Source: a virus
Length of the DNA stretch: 64,000 nucleotides
Direction: 5' to 3' (one strand)
IMG/VR virus record: IMGVR_UViG_3300042465_007929
Span: 32,001 to 96,000 of that record
Part shown: positions 60,492 through 64,000 of the stretch, piece after piece
How positions within the stretch are numbered: position 1 is the first letter of the stretch
Layout of the letters: each line of letters starts with the position of its first letter
Translations under genes and position numbers: made by a program
Notes under the pieces: generated by a model
What the model was told of the DNA's origin: nothing
Databases searched by the model: none
Seen by the model: only the letters and a program-made list of their open reading frames with translations

Positions 60492-61336
60492 TTGAACAAT
60501 TTCAGCACAGACTAACTAATTCATTTTTCTTATGGTTTGATAATTATCTTCTTACCAAAGGACAAGCATATACCAATACAACTGGAACCTTTTTCAATTA
60601 TGAAGATGAAAGATTAGATTCGACATATCGTGTATTTGGAAGCGCTTATAAACAATGGGTTAATGATAGTTCAATTTTGGGGGCAGAAATACCTTCTGGC
60701 GTTTATGCCAATAATTCTTATATTCCAAGAAGTTCAAATTTAATTTTAGATTTTGAAAATGGAAGAGTTTTATCTACAGGCTTATCCACAAATGCAAATA
60801 TTACAGGATCTTTTGCGATAAAGGATTTTAATGTTTATTTTTCTAATGAAACAGAAGAGGATTTAATTGTAGAAAATAAATACGATATTAATTCAAGAGT
60901 AATATTAAATGATGAAACATATATAATTCCATATGATTATGTCATTCCAGCGATTTTTCTTTCTGTCGAAAGTATGAATAACAAAAGTTTCGCATTAGGA
61001 GGTTTGGAGGAAACAAATATTAGAGCAAAAGCAGTTATTATTTCTGAAAATAATTATCAATTAGATGGTGCTTTATCTATTTTTGCAGATTCCAAAAATG
61101 AAGTTTTCGCTGGTATACCTATGGCAGATCATCCTTATAATGAATATAATGATTTAAAAACTGGGTTTTACTCTTACACAGATTTAAAAAATAAATACGA
61201 TAATGAAACTAAATTTTATATTAATAGTGTAAATACTTCGAAACTTACAGATAAATCTAGAAAATCATTAACTAGTGACATATATGTAGGATTCATAGAT
61301 TTCGACATACAACAACATCGCTATCGTCATCAATAA
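60488..61336 (+). CDS. putative tail terminator protein
   Basis: Directly upstream of the tube gene; IPAIFL motif. Confidence 0.5.
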   Translation: MIEQFQHRLTNSFFLWFDNYLLTKGQAYTNTTGTFFNYEDERLDSTYRVFGSAYKQWVNDSSILGAEIPSGVYANNSYIPRSSNLILDFENGRVLSTGLSTNANITGSFAIKDFNVYFSNETEEDLIVENKYDINSRVILNDETYIIPYDYVIPAIFLSVESMNNKSFALGGLEETNIRAKAVIISENNYQLDGALSIFADSKNEVFAGIPMADHPYNEYNDLKTGFYSYTDLKNKYDNETKFYINSVNTSKLTDKSRKSLTSDIYVGFIDFDIQQHRYRHQ

Positions 61337-61387
61337 TCTTCACAAATCAATCAATCAACTGTAACAAATAACAAATAATCAACCATT

Positions 61388-62584
61388 ATGGCAAGAAATA
61401 GAGTAATTTATCAATCGGACGCACTTTATATTAGTGAAAACCCCGGATCAACAGCATCTGGAAAACACGCTCAATTAAGAAGAGTTCAAAGTGCAAACTA
61501 TAACTACACAATCAACCGTCAAGACGTTAATCAATTTGGGCAATTAGCTCGTATTGATTCTATTGTTATCGATGAACCTACAGTTGGTGTGGATCTCACT
61601 TATTACTTGGGTGACGGCTTCAATGAAAAAGCTTTAGAGCTTCAAGCTACTGGTAATCTAAGTACACAATTTGGTGGTGTTCATATGTCAGCCGCGCATA
61701 GTGGCCAAAATATTTATATTTTAACTACTGACGAAGGAGTTGATGCAAATACTCAAGATGCAGCATCAAGAGTGCTTGCTTCTGGAGCCACAGGATCAAG
61801 TATTATCGGCATTGGTAACGCTTACTTGACTAACTACAGTGTTGACTTTGCAGTTGGAGCAATTCCAACTGTTTCTGCGACATTTGAAGGTTTAAATATC
61901 ATGTCACAAGTTGGTATTGGCAGAACGACAGGTGCAGTTGGGAATATCGGCTACACAGGATTGTCAACTGCTGGAGTTAATGCAACTGCTGGTACAAAAT
62001 TAACAGATAAGGTCTCATTATTCTATGCTCAACCGGGTATCGTTTCTGGTACTATAGCTGGAGCTAGCGCTCCTACGGCTCTTCGTCCGGGAGATGTTAC
62101 AATAACCTTGAATACTGCTGGTTCTGGAATTTCAGATCATGGAAGTGCTTCATTCCCAGTCCAAAGTGCAACGATTACTCATCCATTTGCTAGAGAATCA
62201 ATCAATAAATTAGGATCAAGATTCGCTACAGCAAAAGTAGTGACGTTCCCAATTGTAGCTACTGTAGCTATCAAAGCAACATTAACTGATATTGTTGCAA
62301 GAAACCTTGCTGATATGTTAGATTCTAATGCAACTCAAGATATTACTATCGCTATAAAGAAGCCCGGAACTACTACTAATATTATACAATACAAGATAAC
62401 TTCTTGTAAGTTAGATTCCGAATCATTCTCTTCAAGCATTGGTTCTAATAAATCCGTTGATTTATCATTCTCTACTCAAATCGGTGGATCTAATGATACA
62501 GTAAATGGTATTTATGTAAGTGGTGTTTGCGATATTGATCCATTCAATGCTTCGGTTATCCCAGTTACTGGTGTTGCTCCTTAA
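61388..62584 (+). CDS. major tail tube protein
   Basis: Ala/Gly/Thr/Ser-rich, higher GC, internally duplicated tube-like halves, followed by a strong terminator. Confidence 0.7.
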   Translation: MARNRVIYQSDALYISENPGSTASGKHAQLRRVQSANYNYTINRQDVNQFGQLARIDSIVIDEPTVGVDLTYYLGDGFNEKALELQATGNLSTQFGGVHMSAAHSGQNIYILTTDEGVDANTQDAASRVLASGATGSSIIGIGNAYLTNYSVDFAVGAIPTVSATFEGLNIMSQVGIGRTTGAVGNIGYTGLSTAGVNATAGTKLTDKVSLFYAQPGIVSGTIAGASAPTALRPGDVTITLNTAGSGISDHGSASFPVQSATITHPFARESINKLGSRFATAKVVTFPIVATVAIKATLTDIVARNLADMLDSNATQDITIAIKKPGTTTNIIQYKITSCKLDSESFSSSIGSNKSVDLSFSTQIGGSNDTVNGIYVSGVCDIDPFNASVIPVTGVAP

Positions 62585-62608
62585 TAGTCTACCTCAAATA
62601 GATAAACG

Positions 62609-62638
62609 AAAAACCCCACTGAAAAGTGGGGTTTTTTT
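62609..62638. terminator. bidirectional intrinsic terminator
   Basis: A5-CCCCACT-GAAA-AGTGGGG-T7 between convergent genes. Confidence 0.88.
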
Positions 62639-62662
62639 ATATACATATACTATAAATAAAAA

Positions 62663-63166
62663 TCAAATATACACAGAAGGAACATATGTATTAGATGTAT
62701 AAAATCCAGTCCACATTTCTCCTTCAATACCACCAAGTTGTCTTGGTTCTGCTCCATAAATATTATATTGGGCAACCAACTTATCAATATTAAGTTTAGC
62801 GTCTGTAGCCATACCCTTATAAACTTTTGATACTTCATTTTTATTAACAAAAGTAACTTGACTATCTGCGTCTTTAATCGATAAGATATTAGAACCATCA
62901 CTAGATTGTGATGAGCTTATAATCCCCCTCAAAGCGTTCCTAGCTTGTTTTGAATAATAATTATATAGATATAGTTCTTTGTGAATAGATTGAGCTTCTA
63001 TAGGCAGATTAGATCCATCTCCACTAAAATCTGAATAAAGCATAGTGTTTAATTTGCCTAAGTTGCTTTGAAGCCAACCACTAATTGCTGAAACAGTAGT
63101 TACTGTAGAGTCGCCATCAAATTCAAAAGAATATATATCAGAAGCTATAGCCCCAAAAGTGTTCAT
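62663..63166 (-). CDS. putative head-tail adaptor protein
   Basis: Two genes after the capsid gene; helical with an ILSIKDADSQVTF hairpin typical of adaptors; GTGTAA 8 nt upstream. Confidence 0.55.
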   Translation of the reverse strand: MNTFGAIASDIYSFEFDGDSTVTTVSAISGWLQSNLGKLNTMLYSDFSGDGSNLPIEAQSIHKELYLYNYYSKQARNALRGIISSSQSSDGSNILSIKDADSQVTFVNKNEVSKVYKGMATDAKLNIDKLVAQYNIYGAEPRQLGGIEGEMWTGFYTSNTYVPSVYI

Positions 63167-63186
63167 GCTATATTTTACACTAAAAA

Positions 63187-63624
63187 TTAGAACTCGCCTA
63201 AGATTTTCAATGCTGCTGCTTGAACAGGATCATTAGGATCTAGGATAATGCTATTCACTTGATTAGGCATAATATTTCTATGATTATTTCTATTCACAGC
63301 GCGAAATTCTTTGATCAAAATATTTTTTAATGTTGATCTATCGTAATTTGAATTAATACCAACTCTTTGTGCTAATTTTTTCATATCAGCGTAATTCATT
63401 TCACGAAGATTTTCCTGAAAAAGATCTAATTCGTTAGTTCCAAATGGATTGATAGTATCAACGCCAAGCATGATCTCTAATTCTCTAGCTTTTTCTCTAA
63501 ATTCTTGAGTATTAGTTTCTCCAGAAGCTTTTAATTGTTCAATTCTTTCTAGAATGCCAACCTTTGGAGATTCTTCAATTTTGCCTGTAGAGATTTCAAT
63601 ATTTTTTGCTTTTATTTTAGCCAT
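63187..63624 (-). CDS. hypothetical protein with Rho-N/HeH-like motif
   Basis: LREMNYADMKKLAQRVGI...L...LI; position just after the capsid gene. Confidence 0.55.
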   Translation of the reverse strand: MAKIKAKNIEISTGKIEESPKVGILERIEQLKASGETNTQEFREKARELEIMLGVDTINPFGTNELDLFQENLREMNYADMKKLAQRVGINSNYDRSTLKNILIKEFRAVNRNNHRNIMPNQVNSIILDPNDPVQAAALKILGEF

Positions 63625-63659
63625 ATTATATTATATATAAAAACAATAATATTTACAAT

Positions 63660-63690
63660 AAAAAAGGGCTACCCCCGAAGGAGTAGCCCT
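63660..63690 (-). terminator. intrinsic terminator with UUCG tetraloop
   Basis: AGGGCTACTCC-TTCG-GGGGTAGCCC-T6 on the minus strand. Confidence 0.9.
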
Positions 63691-63705
63691 AATTTAAACG
63701 ACATA

Positions 63706-64000
63706 TTAAGCAGAGATGCCAGAAGCAATCACGCCAACAAGTGCGCGATTGTCAAGAACCATACGGCCTTCTTCAAGAGAGCCGAAATAGCCGATCTTGT
63801 TTTGGCGAATGCTGTATTGGTCATCAGCGGTAAGATTGAACTCACTGCCATTTTCTGAATCAGTAGCAACTGCACGAACAAGTGATTCGCGGCTACGATC
63901 AAGACCAATGATGATTTCTTGTGAAGCACCAGCGAATGACGAGTACTTAGCATCAGAAACGCTATCAAAGATAGTGTTGAACTTTTGACCAGCACCGAGT
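63706..64000 (-). CDS. 3' end of probable major capsid protein (partial, missing from the ORF track)
   Basis: Open frame LGAGQKFNTIFD...QNKIGYFGSLEEGRMVLDNRALVGVIASGISA*; HK97-like C-terminal pattern; high-expression codons; strong terminator follows. Confidence 0.7.
   Translation of the reverse strand, partial: LGAGQKFNTIFDSVSDAKYSSFAGASQEIIIGLDRSRESLVRAVATDSENGSEFNLTADDQYSIRQNKIGYFGSLEEGRMVLDNRALVGVIASGISA

Noticed and set aside
573-62901. Short antisense or out-of-frame ORFs nested in long genes (e.g. 573, 4870, 5295, 12378, 26615, 27182, 40689, 53493, 55236, 62650)
   Set aside because: They overlap well-supported genes and show no motifs or initiation signals.
63729-63995. ORF-track entries 63729-63995 (-) and 63797-63988 (+)
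   Set aside because: These are shadows of the open minus-strand frame ending at 63706 (probable capsid protein).
1-64000. Stop-codon reassignment
   Set aside because: Long genes are intact and tightly packed under the standard code, and TAA, TGA and TAG all end genes.
1-64000. tRNA, rRNA or integrase/prophage boundary
   Set aside because: Intergenic gaps are short and AT-rich, with no cloverleaf, recombinase or host housekeeping block seen.

Overview
This 64 kb window is an AT-rich segment of a large tailed dsDNA phage genome (siphovirus-type, standard genetic code). I saw no tRNA, CRISPR array, integrase or intein. Layout: (1) a lambda-like tail-tip operon gpL-gpK-gpI-gpJ (+, 1.1-11.4 kb). 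(2) A long minus-strand block (11.4-39.4 kb) holding glycosyltransferases, a pseudokinase, ClpC, a DNA polymerase III split into three genes, a PD-(D/E)XK nuclease, primase, DnaB, RecA, gmd with a very AT-rich glycan-synthesis island, and a class Id-type ribonucleotide reductase. (3) A repeat-rich strand-switch region followed by dNMP kinase, a sigma factor, SSB, a GT4 enzyme and Hsp20 (+, 39.4-43.2 kb). (4) Tail fibre, tube paralogues, a gpM-like protein, a 2471-aa tape measure protein, neck and tube genes, and the 3' end of the probable major capsid gene. The most notable signals are: C-type lectin and CBM-like cassettes with matching boundaries, inserted (nested in gpL) into four tail proteins and co-encoded with eukaryote-type glycosyltransferases; apparent avoidance of CCWGG (17 of 17 Pro-Gly dipeptides use CCC/CCG); a recurring GTGTAA element 8-12 nt upstream of start codons; and a JAB protease / ubiquitin-like / Gly-Gly motif set in the tail. 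All protein calls come from recognising motifs by eye, not from database searches.
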